A DNA stretch of 27,886 nucleotides from a virus (IMGVR_UViG_3300038443_000233:64001-91886), one strand, 5' to 3'. Counted from the first letter of the stretch, positions 1-9,557 are shown. A program made the numbers and translations. The notes: generated by a model not told the origin, from the sequence alone.

Positions 1-1
1 C

Positions 2-2572
2 CTAGCCCTCGCTGTTAGTACGCCGGTATTCCACGTGGCGACTGACGGTACACCATTCCCGACGACGATCACTATTCAAGCTACCCCTGTGAATATCGCC
101 GGAGCAGTCGCATCATTCGCTGTGTCTCCAGTCGGTAGTGCAACGTTGTCTGGAACTGGAAATACTCGTACATTGGCATTTAGCTCGATGTCGCTTGATA
201 ACGTAACTGTGACGGCAACTGTTACTGACAACGGGCAAATGTACACTGCGTCCCAAGTCATCTCGAAAGTGGAAGACGGCGCAGCAGGCCGGGACGGAAC
301 AAACGGTACGAACGGTACACAGTACGCCACATCATACTTGTACAAGTGGTCATCAACGCAGCCAGCTTTGCCGAATGGAACGGCTACATTTACTTGGGCT
401 AGCGGAGCGAATACGTCGTACTCCGGCACGGATAGCTGGAATACTTCTGTTCCAACTAATCCGGGTACAGCAGGCGTTCAGCTCTGGGTAGCTCAAAAGC
501 AGGTATCTGCCGCATCAGGTACGGTGACGACAAACGTTACGTACTCGGCTGGAGCGGTCCTTTCTGCAATCTCTCAAAACGGTGCTACCGGCCCTCAAGG
601 TGCTCCGGGTGTTAAGACCGTCAGGGCGGTTGCTTATCAGTGGGCGAACGGTCCAGCGCCTACTGCTACTGGCTCTGCTACGTACACGTGGGCTACTGGC
701 GATTACAATACCGTACCAGCAACCGGCTGGACTAAAACAAAGCCAAACGCTCCGTCAACAGGCTACACGTTGTACGAAGCAAGTGTCCTTCTGGTAGATT
801 CTAGCGGAGCATCGACAACTAGCATCGATTGGAGTACAGCCTCTATTTCTGGGATCAGCTACGTAGGTACGGATGGTTCTACCGGATCGGCAGGCTCTTC
901 AGCGACGATTGCCTACACCCTGATTGACGGTAGTAGCCTAAACACAACGCCAGCTACATTCACAGCATCGGGAACAAACCTGCCAACGACTGGGACATGG
1001 GGCGAAACCCGTGCATGGTCAACGACTGTACCAACAGCAGCAGCAGGGCAGTCTGTTTTCCAGTCGAACGGTATCTACAATCCAGTAGCGAATAATACGG
1101 TGTGGGGTATTCCGTACATGAGCAATTTCCGGGTGGGCAACCTTTCGGCGTTGTCTACGAACACAGGATCGCTAACTGTGTCCGGAACTGTTAGCAGTGC
1201 CAACGGTAACTTCACCGTCGATTCAAACGGTAATGCCGCGATGAAATCGATCACGATTAAGGATGCATCAGGTAATACAATCCTTAGTAGCGGAACTGCG
1301 CTGAATCCGGCTTATGCGGCTGCTGGCACACTTAATTCAGCGATTACACTGGCAAGTAACGGAACGCTATCTGGTGCAGGCGGCGGAGCGGTAACGATCA
1401 CCGGACTCGGCTACACTGGCGACATGAACGCTACTAACGGTGCAACGATTGGTGCAAACCTATTCGGGCAGATGACTTCCGCTAATATCGGTACGTACAT
1501 CGCCAATGCAGCAATCGGTGATGCGCTGATCGGCAACTTGAGTGCGAACAAGATTACGACCGGCACGTTGACGGGTTTGTTGATCCAAACTGCGACAGCA
1601 GGTTCCTCAAGTAGAATCTCATTAAACGAGAGTTCAAACAATAGGCTGATAGTCTACGGGGACGGTGGATCAGGTTACGGAACACTAATTGATATGGGGT
1701 ACACGGGTGCAACTAGTCCACTGCTAACGGTTGGTAACTTCGTAGCGTCTGCAACAGCTCCAGCCATCCGGGCGTACACAGGGAGCGGTATTGGTGTTGA
1801 TGCAAGAAGTACGAGTAATCAAGCTGTTTATGCTGAAAGTACTAGCGGCTACGCTGTATTCGCTATAACTACTTCCGGATCGTCTGCTGTATTCGGCCAA
1901 TCATCTACACGTGAAGCTATCACTGGTACTACTGCTGGAACTGGCTATGCGGGTGTGTATGGATCAAGCTCCAACGGTATCGGCGTAGGAGCCAGTGGTG
2001 CTACATATGATTTCTACGCAGGAGGTCTTGGTACTAACTACGGCCCATTCACTGGAGCGCACGATGGCCTAATTTCGAAAGAAATTACACCGCCGGTGGT
2101 AGGGGATATTATGGTAGACGTGAGAGTGGTTCGACGTGCAAACGTATCGAACACAATTACAGCTATCGAACTGTCTTCAAAACCTTGCCAGAAAAATGTT
2201 ATCGGGGTATTTGTTAAGTCTGTTGAACTTATCAGTGCCCGCCCACCGGCAGGTTTGACAGATAACGATACGCATATTGACATTGAAGGCCCACCACGGG
2301 AAGGTAATCCGTGCAGTGATTTCGATGAGATTGCTGATACGTATGACCGTTCTATTGTCAATGCTCTCGGTGAAGGCCAGATTAACGTCTGCGGTGAGGG
2401 CGGGGATATTGAGGCTGGGGACTACATCACAACCTCAAGTATTCCGGGTAAAGGGATGAGACAGGCCGACGACATCCTCCGCAACTACACAGTTGCTAAG
2501 GCACGTGAAAGCGTTACATTCTCATCTCCGGATGAAGTGAAAATGATTGCCTGCACTTACCATTGCGGATAA
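2..2572 (+). CDS. Central tail fibre / host-specificity (J-like) protein, 5'-truncated, with C-terminal peptidase-G2-like intramolecular chaperone
   Basis: Frame is open from base 2, so the GTG at 35 is probably not the start. Short collagen-like linkers (GRDGTNGTNG, GATGPQGAPG) separate ~95-aa Y-x-W repeats. J-like IANAAIGDALIGNLSANKITTGTL segment. C-terminal GQINVCGEGGDIEAGDYITTSSIPGKGM resembles autocleaving chaperone domains. Confidence 0.8.
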   Translation, partial: LALAVSTPVFHVATDGTPFPTTITIQATPVNIAGAVASFAVSPVGSATLSGTGNTRTLAFSSMSLDNVTVTATVTDNGQMYTASQVISKVEDGAAGRDGTNGTNGTQYATSYLYKWSSTQPALPNGTATFTWASGANTSYSGTDSWNTSVPTNPGTAGVQLWVAQKQVSAASGTVTTNVTYSAGAVLSAISQNGATGPQGAPGVKTVRAVAYQWANGPAPTATGSATYTWATGDYNTVPATGWTKTKPNAPSTGYTLYEASVLLVDSSGASTTSIDWSTASISGISYVGTDGSTGSAGSSATIAYTLIDGSSLNTTPATFTASGTNLPTTGTWGETRAWSTTVPTAAAGQSVFQSNGIYNPVANNTVWGIPYMSNFRVGNLSALSTNTGSLTVSGTVSSANGNFTVDSNGNAAMKSITIKDASGNTILSSGTALNPAYAAAGTLNSAITLASNGTLSGAGGGAVTITGLGYTGDMNATNGATIGANLFGQMTSANIGTYIANAAIGDALIGNLSANKITTGTLTGLLIQTATAGSSSRISLNESSNNRLIVYGDGGSGYGTLIDMGYTGATSPLLTVGNFVASATAPAIRAYTGSGIGVDARSTSNQAVYAESTSGYAVFAITTSGSSAVFGQSSTREAITGTTAGTGYAGVYGSSSNGIGVGASGATYDFYAGGLGTNYGPFTGAHDGLISKEITPPVVGDIMVDVRVVRRANVSNTITAIELSSKPCQKNVIGVFVKSVELISARPPAGLTDNDTHIDIEGPPREGNPCSDFDEIADTYDRSIVNALGEGQINVCGEGGDIEAGDYITTSSIPGKGMRQADDILRNYTVAKARESVTFSSPDEVKMIACTYHCG

Positions 2573-2582
2573 GTAGCACTAC

Positions 2583-2607
2583 GAGCCACCGTAAGGTGGC
2601 TCTTTTT
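2583..2607 (+). terminator. Rho-independent terminator
   Basis: GAGCCACC-GTAA-GGTGGCTC (8-bp stem, GNRA loop) followed by TTTTT, 10 nt after the stop codon. Confidence 0.9.
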
Positions 2608-2608
2608 C

Positions 2609-2637
2609 TTGACGGATAGAGGTATGGATGCTATAAT
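2609..2637 (+). promoter_or_regulatory. Sigma70-like promoter with extended -10, upstream of the long tail fibre gene
   Basis: TTGACG (2609-2614), 17-nt spacer, TGcTATAAT (-10 at 2632-2637). Confidence 0.8.
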
Positions 2638-2683
2638 CCTACCTATGATTATAACACAGTAAGAAGCACTTGGAAAGGGCTTT

Positions 2684-5458
2684 ATGTCAACAAGATTCTA
2701 CTACGGGCAGAAAGACTACATCGTCCAGCTTAATGCTATGGACGATATTGCTACTGCCAGTCAAACGAGCGCAGCGGCGTCCGCTGCGGCTGCTGCTGCT
2801 ACGCTAGCTAACGTGGTCCACGTTGATACGGCCACTCAAGGGCTTACAACAACGCAGCAGGCAAACGGACGAGCTAACATTGCAGCGGCACCCACAGCGT
2901 CACCTTCGTTCACCGGAGACGTGACGTTTGCTACACAAGGTTCTCGATTTATCACTGATTTTACCGATGCAACCCTCAGTAACCGCTTTAGCTTCCAGAC
3001 ATCGATTGCGAACGGGTTCACGTCTGTGGCGGTCAGGCCGAACGGCTCGGGCGCATCGGCACAGATCAACACATTTAATAGCTCCGACATGGGCAACAGT
3101 TCGTACATGTCGGCTGGTACGGATGTTAGTGCGTGTTTCCTGAACTCGAAAGTGTCCGGCACTGGTACGCTGCTGCCTATCGCTTTTCGGGTGAACAGCA
3201 CCGAGATTGCCCGCTTCGACACCAGCGGCAACTTCGGCGTGGGGTCTACGCCATCTTACCGCATGCACGTACAGGCGGATTCTGCATCGGCCGACACTTG
3301 GGTGGCATCGAAGAACGCAACCGCCGCCGGTACACTCGGCGGCGGCTTTATCGCCGTTGCCGGATCGAGCGGTTATTACGGCACCTTCAAGGCTCGTGCC
3401 AACGGCGATGTCGAGTGCTTTACGGGCGCCAGCAACCCCGGTGCGCTGCTGCTCGGAACGGCAGCGACAGAGCGCGTGCGAATCGACATCAACGGTAATT
3501 TCGGCCTCGGTCAGACTGCACCGTCCAAGTACACGCACGGTGGTTCAGCACGTGTGCTCGAACTCCTGAATACCGATACGGCGGCCAACTCACAGGCCCA
3601 CGCCATCATGTCGTCGAGCTGCACGGGCGCGAGCAGTGCGATCGGCACGGTATCGTTCGTCATGCCGAGTATTTCGGCTACCAACAAGATCATGGCGTAT
3701 ATCGGAGCGGGATCGGATTCAACGCACACTTCGGCGGCACCATCGAGTATCCTCTATTTCGGCACTCGCACTGCTGGCGGTGCTGTTAATCAGAACATGA
3801 CCCTCGACGGTAGCGGCAACCTCGGTATCGGCGTGACGCCATCCGCAAAACTTCATGTGGCTGGCAAGACTGTCCATGGTGTTCTGGGTACATCAGGGCA
3901 ATACGCCGTGACGCACATGCCGGATACACTGGGCTCAACGGTTTTCAGCTGGAAGAATTCGAGCGACGCATTCACATTGCTGACGGGAGGCGATCCGTAT
4001 AGTTCGCCCGTCGAGCGTTTGCGTGTGAACAGCAGCGGCAGGCTCGGACTCAGTACCAGCGGCCCTAACACGCTACTCGAACTGCGTACTGACAGTAATA
4101 CAGACGGGCCGGTGATCACTCTTAACAACCGTGGCACAGGGAATACCACCAATACGAACAACTACATCGCAGGGGGTATCTGGGGAGCAGCATACCGTGA
4201 CGTGCGCGATCCGGCTTACATCGCTGGCATCGATTTCCTGCGCAACTCGTCCACAAGCGGATTGGCTTCAGACGGCAACATCGTGTTCTACACAAGTAGT
4301 GGTGGCGACACGCTTGCTAATGTGCGTCCAGGGAGTGAACGAGCGCGTATCGATAGCAGCGGCAACCTGTTGGTAGGCACGACAACCAGCAACGGTACGG
4401 ATAAATTGCAAGTGAACGGAAGTGCTACCGTTGGAGGATTTAGCGTAGCCTTCCCCGGCACATCTGCGAATGCGATCCAGCGTGCCTCTATCTTCTCCGG
4501 CACCGACGCTTCGTCAAACGAAGTTAGGCTCCAGCTTAATCCGATCACAGGTAATACAGCTTCGCAAGGTACATACATCGGTGCAGCGAGAAATGGTACT
4601 AGTTACAATTCGTCGCTTACCCTAGGTACAGCGGATGTGGAGCGGGCGCGTATCGACGCCAACGGTAACTTGATGATCGGGACCACGACCCAAGCCAACG
4701 GGGTAAGCAAAGTCACCATTGCAGCATCTTCCAATGGTGCCGCGATCACTGTAAATGGCAAGTCGTCTTCCAATGTGGCTCCTGACATCGAACTCTCACG
4801 TTCCAGCACAGCTACGGGCGTAGGTCAAGGGACTGCGATTCAGTTCAGCGATACAGGGACAAACACTAATTCACGCCTTATCCAAGCCGGGGCAGGTAGC
4901 ATGCAGTTCTTCGGTTATGGCGGCGGGGCATGGGCTGAACATGCCAGAATCGACATCGGTGGGAATCTTCTGTTGAACACTACGTCGGCACTTGCTCTCG
5001 CCGGAAGAATGGCAATCAAATACACAGGTGGCGCTACCCAATACGGTATTGTTCTTCAACCGGGTACTGATAGCACGCACGCTATCGAATTCTTGAATGC
5101 AGCAGGTACATCTGTAGGTTCAGTAGTCACCACTGCTTCGGCCACAACATACAACACCACTTCGGACTATCGACTGAAGGAAGACGTTCAGCCGATGGTT
5201 GGCGCACTTGACACTGTTATGGGTCTAAAACCCGTGACGTATCGTTGGAAGGCAGATGGATCGGCTGGAGAGGGATTCATTGCGCACGAGCTTGGGGAGC
5301 AAATTCCTCTGGCAGTGTCGGGCGTAAAGGACGCTGTACGCGACGATGGAAGCCCTATGTATCAATCGATTGACACGTCGAAGGTAGTAGCGCATCTCGT
5401 GGCAGCACTCCAAGAACTGAAACGCGATTTCGACGCTTACAAAGCTTCGCATCCATAA
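2684..5458 (+). CDS. Long (side) tail fibre with C-terminal peptidase S74 intramolecular chaperone
   Basis: 924 aa, Gly/Ser/Thr/Asn-rich. Seven ERxRIDxxGNxxxG-type repeats. C-terminal TTSDYRLKEDV...YRWK...EGFIAHEL...YQSID followed by a coiled coil is the S74 signature. Confidence 0.9.
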   Translation: MSTRFYYGQKDYIVQLNAMDDIATASQTSAAASAAAAAATLANVVHVDTATQGLTTTQQANGRANIAAAPTASPSFTGDVTFATQGSRFITDFTDATLSNRFSFQTSIANGFTSVAVRPNGSGASAQINTFNSSDMGNSSYMSAGTDVSACFLNSKVSGTGTLLPIAFRVNSTEIARFDTSGNFGVGSTPSYRMHVQADSASADTWVASKNATAAGTLGGGFIAVAGSSGYYGTFKARANGDVECFTGASNPGALLLGTAATERVRIDINGNFGLGQTAPSKYTHGGSARVLELLNTDTAANSQAHAIMSSSCTGASSAIGTVSFVMPSISATNKIMAYIGAGSDSTHTSAAPSSILYFGTRTAGGAVNQNMTLDGSGNLGIGVTPSAKLHVAGKTVHGVLGTSGQYAVTHMPDTLGSTVFSWKNSSDAFTLLTGGDPYSSPVERLRVNSSGRLGLSTSGPNTLLELRTDSNTDGPVITLNNRGTGNTTNTNNYIAGGIWGAAYRDVRDPAYIAGIDFLRNSSTSGLASDGNIVFYTSSGGDTLANVRPGSERARIDSSGNLLVGTTTSNGTDKLQVNGSATVGGFSVAFPGTSANAIQRASIFSGTDASSNEVRLQLNPITGNTASQGTYIGAARNGTSYNSSLTLGTADVERARIDANGNLMIGTTTQANGVSKVTIAASSNGAAITVNGKSSSNVAPDIELSRSSTATGVGQGTAIQFSDTGTNTNSRLIQAGAGSMQFFGYGGGAWAEHARIDIGGNLLLNTTSALALAGRMAIKYTGGATQYGIVLQPGTDSTHAIEFLNAAGTSVGSVVTTASATTYNTTSDYRLKEDVQPMVGALDTVMGLKPVTYRWKADGSAGEGFIAHELGEQIPLAVSGVKDAVRDDGSPMYQSIDTSKVVAHLVAALQELKRDFDAYKASHP

Positions 5459-5470
5459 TAAGGAGCATTA

Positions 5471-6307
5471 ATGGCAAACGTTCGTATTCTTTACGATAAT
5501 GCCGCCGACCGTGCAACGCTATCAACTTCCTCGACAGCAGGAAGTTTGGTAGCTGCGAATATGCAGGCACCCATTAAGAGTGCGGTTTGGCGGTCCACTT
5601 CAACCACTGCAACGATTACCGCAACGTGGACGACGGCAGAGATTGTATCAGCCGTCGTTCTGCCTTTCTGTAATCTATCATCACAAGCTACTGTGCGGGT
5701 TCGTGGATACGCAGTAGCGACAGACCCTAGCCCTGTTTTCGATACAGGTGCAGTGCTAGCTTGTCCCGCTCCGGCTTTAGGGCTTTGGAATTGGGGACAA
5801 CCACTCGGCGTAAATGCATTTGCTTACGGCGGAGGAACGTATGGACGAGTGTGGGTGACGAACCCAGCTCAAGTAGCGAAGGTTGTTATCGACATTGTAG
5901 ACACAACAAACACGGCAGGATACATCGAATGTTCACGGTTACTTGTTGGTGATTACTGGGAGCCGGAAATTGGCCCAGAAGCGGGAAATGTTTCGATGTC
6001 CGTTACGGATACCAGCAAACATTACCGCACTGACGGTGGGGATCAGCTTACGGATGTTGGGACTAAGTATAGAAAGCAATCATTCTCTCTTCCTTGGCTT
6101 GCTTCTGCAACCGATAAAGCAAAGATGTGGAACATCTTGTGGGGTAATGGACTTGCACGTCCAATCTTCATTAGTATGTATCCTGATAATACGGACCCCT
6201 CACTAGAACAAGCAAATCAGTTGTACGGAAAGCTTGTAACCTCTCCGGTTATGAGTACTCCCTATTTCAACCGTAACAGTGCAACACTAGAAATTGAGGA
6301 AGTGTAA
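5471..6307 (+). CDS. Putative tail structural protein (distal-tail/minor-tail-like)
   Basis: 278-aa ORF with an AAGGAG RBS inside the tail module; beta-rich. Exact family is inferred from context only. Confidence 0.5.
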   Translation: MANVRILYDNAADRATLSTSSTAGSLVAANMQAPIKSAVWRSTSTTATITATWTTAEIVSAVVLPFCNLSSQATVRVRGYAVATDPSPVFDTGAVLACPAPALGLWNWGQPLGVNAFAYGGGTYGRVWVTNPAQVAKVVIDIVDTTNTAGYIECSRLLVGDYWEPEIGPEAGNVSMSVTDTSKHYRTDGGDQLTDVGTKYRKQSFSLPWLASATDKAKMWNILWGNGLARPIFISMYPDNTDPSLEQANQLYGKLVTSPVMSTPYFNRNSATLEIEEV

Positions 6308-6765
6308 TGCAAACAATCACCGTAATTTTTACAACGCGGAAGTGGAATCCTGTTTCATGGCTAATCCGGTTCTGCGTCCCACGTAGCCGTTTCAAGAATG
6401 CTGAAGCTTCCCACTGCCTTGTAAAAGACGGTGATTATTTGATTGAAGCTTCAATGACGCACGGATGTCGTCGTGTGCCTGCTGAGGAAGCACTGAAAGG
6501 CTCAGTCATTATCAAGACGGTTAACTATGAAGTACAGGATGCGGAAGCAGGACTTGAATACGCTCGTTCACAAGTCGGAAAGAAATACGACTTCAAAGGC
6601 GCCTTCGGTTTGGCTATCGCCCCTGATCGCGATTGGACTGAAGATGATTCGTGGTTCTGCTTCGAATTAACTGCCGCTACTCTCGCAAAAGCTGGCAGGG
6701 ATGTGTTCGTAAACAACGGACACGTTTCTGGTACTACTCTACTGGCATTGAAGCCAACTATTTAA
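6307..6765 (+). CDS. Permuted papain-like NlpC/P60 (YiiX/YebB-like) amidase
   Basis: N-terminal His (ASHCLV..IEAS), ARSQVGKKYDF and C-terminal WFCFEL Cys give the permuted His-before-Cys order. TAATG overlap with the previous gene. Confidence 0.75.
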   Translation: MQTITVIFTTRKWNPVSWLIRFCVPRSRFKNAEASHCLVKDGDYLIEASMTHGCRRVPAEEALKGSVIIKTVNYEVQDAEAGLEYARSQVGKKYDFKGAFGLAIAPDRDWTEDDSWFCFELTAATLAKAGRDVFVNNGHVSGTTLLALKPTI

Positions 6766-6776
6766 GGACTATCGAA

Positions 6777-7130
6777 ATGCCAAATGAAACCGTAGCACTC
6801 TGGATCGCAGGCGGTCTATTCACGTTTATCACTGCACTGGTAGGTATTGTGTGGAAGCTTCTACGGGATGAATCCAAAGGACACGCAGACGCGATCAAAG
6901 AGAAAGCGGACACGGATCGGGTTACTGACATGGAACGCCGTCTCCAATCCGAAATCGCAGAGGCGAAAGCCGACACAGAGAAACTTGTGAATAAGCTGGA
7001 AGCTAAACACGATAAAGAGATTGAACAACTCTCGGCTCGCTTGACGGACCAGATTCGTTCCACAGAAACAAACATTCTATCACAGCTCAAGCTGATGATC
7101 GAAATGGTACGTAAGCAAGAATCAAGATAA
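6777..7130 (+). CDS. Single-TM coiled-coil membrane protein (holin/antiholin or i-spanin-like)
   Basis: Start at ATG 6777 with AAGGA RBS (not 6651). N-terminal TM VALWIAGGLFTFITALVGIVW, then a charged coiled coil. Directly upstream of the endolysin. Confidence 0.55.
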   Translation: MPNETVALWIAGGLFTFITALVGIVWKLLRDESKGHADAIKEKADTDRVTDMERRLQSEIAEAKADTEKLVNKLEAKHDKEIEQLSARLTDQIRSTETNILSQLKLMIEMVRKQESR

Positions 7131-7141
7131 GGAGAAATGAA

Positions 7142-7687
7142 ATGGCTGATGTCGTTGATAAGGTTATTGACGACATTCTCGTAGCCGAGGGAGGCTATGT
7201 GAATGATTGTAATGACGCCGGGGGAGCAACGAATTACGGTATTACCGAAGTCGTAGCACGAGCTAATGGTTACTACGGTAGTATCAAGGACATGCCAAGA
7301 AGTTTCGCTGTTCAAGTATATCGTAATAAATACTGGCTTGAACCAAAGTTCGACCGGATTGCTGTCCTATCTGAAAAGGTAGCGGCTGAACTGGCAGACA
7401 TGGGCGTCAACATGGGGACAAAGGCAGCATCGGTAGCGTTACAAGAATGCCTCAACCTGTTGAACCGTCAAGGGAAAGATTACGTTGATATCAAGGAAGA
7501 TGGAGCGATTGGACAGGGCACGTTGGCTGTACTGGCTACCCTGTTGAGCAAACGAGGCGAAGACCTTCTGCTGAAGGCTCTCATCATCAATCGTGGTGCG
7601 CGCTACCTTGCAATCGCAAAGAATAACCCGGTACAGGAGGATTTCCTGATTGGTTGGATTACCAACCGGGTCCACTTCAAAGTGTAA
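7142..7687 (+). CDS. Endolysin, glycoside hydrolase family 108 with C-terminal peptidoglycan-binding domain
   Basis: AEGGYVND..DAGGATNYGIT catalytic motif, DMGVNMG, QECLN...EDGAIGQGT, FLIGWITNR. Confidence 0.92.
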   Translation: MADVVDKVIDDILVAEGGYVNDCNDAGGATNYGITEVVARANGYYGSIKDMPRSFAVQVYRNKYWLEPKFDRIAVLSEKVAAELADMGVNMGTKAASVALQECLNLLNRQGKDYVDIKEDGAIGQGTLAVLATLLSKRGEDLLLKALIINRGARYLAIAKNNPVQEDFLIGWITNRVHFKV

Positions 7688-7696
7688 GGAGGGAGT

Positions 7697-8245
7697 ATGG
7701 ATTTCAAAGACTTGGGTAGCGTTCTGACGAAGATCGCTCCTACCCTAGCTGCTGCTGTCGGCGGACCCCTCGCTGGAGGGGCTGTAGCGGCCATAGAAGG
7801 CGTTTTCGGGATGAACACTGACGGAACTACCAAGGACAAGCAAGATGCGCTTGTAGCGGCGATTAGTGGCGCTACGCCCGATCAGCTACTTGCCATGAAG
7901 AAGGCGGACCAAGACTACGCTGTCCAGATGGAACAGTTGGGCATCAAGAAGGAAGAGCTGGCAGGAACAGACCGAGACTCAGCCCGTAAGCGTGAGGCAG
8001 ACGTGAAGGACAACACACCGAAGATTCTAGCCTACGCTATCACGATTGGCTTCTTCAGTGTGTTGGCAGCTTTGATGTTTGGGACTGTACCAGCAAGTAC
8101 GAAGGAAGTGTTGTATATCATGCTAGGTACGTTGGGTACGGCATGGACAGGCGTTATCAGCTACTACTTCGGTAGCACAAGCGGATCAGCCGAGAAGAGT
8201 AAGCTTTTGGCTCAATCTGTCCCGGCTGATACAAAGGTTAAGTAA
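7697..8245 (+). CDS. Holin (GTA/3TM-holin-like)
   Basis: KIAPTLAAAVGGPLAGG N-terminus, DRDSARKRE, two hydrophobic helices ending in ISYYFGS; follows the endolysin. Confidence 0.75.
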   Translation: MDFKDLGSVLTKIAPTLAAAVGGPLAGGAVAAIEGVFGMNTDGTTKDKQDALVAAISGATPDQLLAMKKADQDYAVQMEQLGIKKEELAGTDRDSARKREADVKDNTPKILAYAITIGFFSVLAALMFGTVPASTKEVLYIMLGTLGTAWTGVISYYFGSTSGSAEKSKLLAQSVPADTKVK

Positions 8246-8265
8246 CACTCGTGGTAGGGTGCTTT

Positions 8266-8305
8266 GGAGGGATGGACTTTACGGTCCTCCCTCCTTTTTT
8301 TTTTT
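8266..8305 (+). terminator. Rho-independent terminator at the convergence of + and - gene blocks
   Basis: GGAGGGA(T)GGAC-TTTACG-GTCCTCCCTCC, an 11-bp stem with one bulge, followed by 11 T. Confidence 0.9.
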
Positions 8306-8309
8306 ACTT

Positions 8310-8738
8310 TCAGTCGTCCTTACCGAGAATCGACTCCAGCACTTCGAACATATCTCCCTTGTCGATCACCTTCTTGACAGGAGGCGTCTTACCTTGCTCG
8401 AACGGTTTGTTGCGAGCGACGAAGTACGGCTTCAGTTCACCAGCTTTGAACTCGTGGTCGGTGCCTTTGGTCGAACGTGCAGCAGCCTTGATGGCGAGCG
8501 TCAGCTCCTTCTCCAGCTCCTTAATTTCTTCCAGCAGTTCAGCGTTCTCCGTTTCGATGTACTTCTTCAGTTCTGCTTTCGCAGCTTCGGAAGCAGCCTT
8601 CGCTTCCTCTGCCATTTCGATTGCACGCTGATCGGTCGTAGCGAAGTCCTTGATGATCTGCTTCTTGTTGATGATGTCACGAACACGGGGACCGATTTCG
8701 CGGCTGTATTCGATCAGTGCTTGTTGCTTTGTGGTCAT
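8310..8738 (-). CDS. Hypothetical coiled-coil protein
   Basis: 142 aa, AAGGAG RBS, E/K/A-rich helices. Confidence 0.7.
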   Translation of the reverse strand: MTTKQQALIEYSREIGPRVRDIINKKQIIKDFATTDQRAIEMAEEAKAASEAAKAELKKYIETENAELLEEIKELEKELTLAIKAAARSTKGTDHEFKAGELKPYFVARNKPFEQGKTPPVKKVIDKGDMFEVLESILGKDD

Positions 8739-8748
8739 GTAGTGCTCC

Positions 8749-8976
8749 TTATTTCTTGGTTACGTCGATCTTGCTTGCGAACGGGATGCCACGGTCGTCC
8801 AGAATATCCTTCAGCTCCTTATACTTGTCGTACATGAAGTCGTCGGGCAGACCGTACAAGTCTCCGATGGTCCCCGGCGAACGCCCGAAGAAGTCAGCAA
8901 AAAGTCGCAGCTCTTCCTTCGATTCAATGGTAATCGTTACCGGGATGAACACCGTTTTCTCGCACGCGACCTTCAT
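8749..8976 (-). CDS. Hypothetical protein
   Basis: 75 aa; ATGA overlap with the upstream gene. Confidence 0.65.
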   Translation of the reverse strand: MKVACEKTVFIPVTITIESKEELRLFADFFGRSPGTIGDLYGLPDDFMYDKYKELKDILDDRGIPFASKIDVTKK

Positions 8977-9254
8977 TGGAACACCGCCTTCATCTTGGCA
9001 GCGATGTTGGTTGCCTTCAGCGACTCGGCTTCAGCGGCCAGCTTGGCAGCAGTACGTGCTTCGATTTCACGAGCATGCGCCACGGCGATGCCAGCGTGTT
9101 GAACAGCTACTTGTTCCAGATCGGCCACGGCAGCGTTGAACGCCATCAGGACGTTATCGACATTGCGAACCTCGTCCTTGATCTTCAGGATGCGACGGAC
9201 GAGCGGGATGCTCAGGAATTTGGCACGAATGTATTGGTATTGATACGTAAACAT
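8973..9254 (-). CDS. Hypothetical alanine-rich helical protein
   Basis: 93 aa; strong GAAAGGAG RBS. Confidence 0.7.
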   Translation of the reverse strand: MFTYQYQYIRAKFLSIPLVRRILKIKDEVRNVDNVLMAFNAAVADLEQVAVQHAGIAVAHAREIEARTAAKLAAEAESLKATNIAAKMKAVFQ

Positions 9255-9291
9255 TTGATTCTCCTTTCAGGTTAGTTGGTAGTGCTACATA

Positions 9292-9450
9292 TTACAGGGC
9301 GCCTAGGATTGCGCCCAATGGTGGGAAGAAGATGCCGACGACGCGAAGAGCCAGTACCAACGTGTCGCCGCACATATTCAACAGTTTCACGATGTTCAGA
9401 ATCCAACCGACGAAGCAGATAATAGTACACATGCCTAGTATAAAGTTCAT
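9292..9450 (-). CDS. Small two-TM membrane protein (not in ORF track)
   Basis: MNFILGMCTIICFVGWILNIVKLLNMCGDTLVLALRVVGIFFPPLGAILGAL, 52 aa, AAGGAG RBS. Confidence 0.75.
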   Translation of the reverse strand: MNFILGMCTIICFVGWILNIVKLLNMCGDTLVLALRVVGIFFPPLGAILGAL

Positions 9451-9461
9451 TGTATTACTCC

Positions 9462-9557
9462 TTATTCAATAGTTTTGCCACGGAACATTTCGTCACCTTT
9501 CGGATGTGGCTTATCCTCAAGTAACAGCTTCTTTAGCCAAGTCAGGAAGCGTTTCAT
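9462..9557 (-). CDS. 31-aa microprotein (not in ORF track)
   Basis: MKRFLTWLKKLLLEDKPHPKGDEMFRGKTIE; ATGA-coupled to the macrodomain stop and fills the gap exactly. Confidence 0.55.
   Translation of the reverse strand: MKRFLTWLKKLLLEDKPHPKGDEMFRGKTIE

Noticed and set aside
2684-5458. Diversity-generating retroelement or invertible cassette acting on the tail fibre
   Set aside because: No reverse transcriptase, template/variable repeat pair or invertase; the repeats are similar only at the protein level.
8295-8305. T11 homopolymer as a phase-variation tract
   Set aside because: Non-coding and fully explained as a terminator U-tract; the length may also be a sequencing artefact.
8310-8738. 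T4 DsbA/GapR-like DNA-binding protein
   Set aside because: Only compositional, helical similarity; no diagnostic motif recognised.
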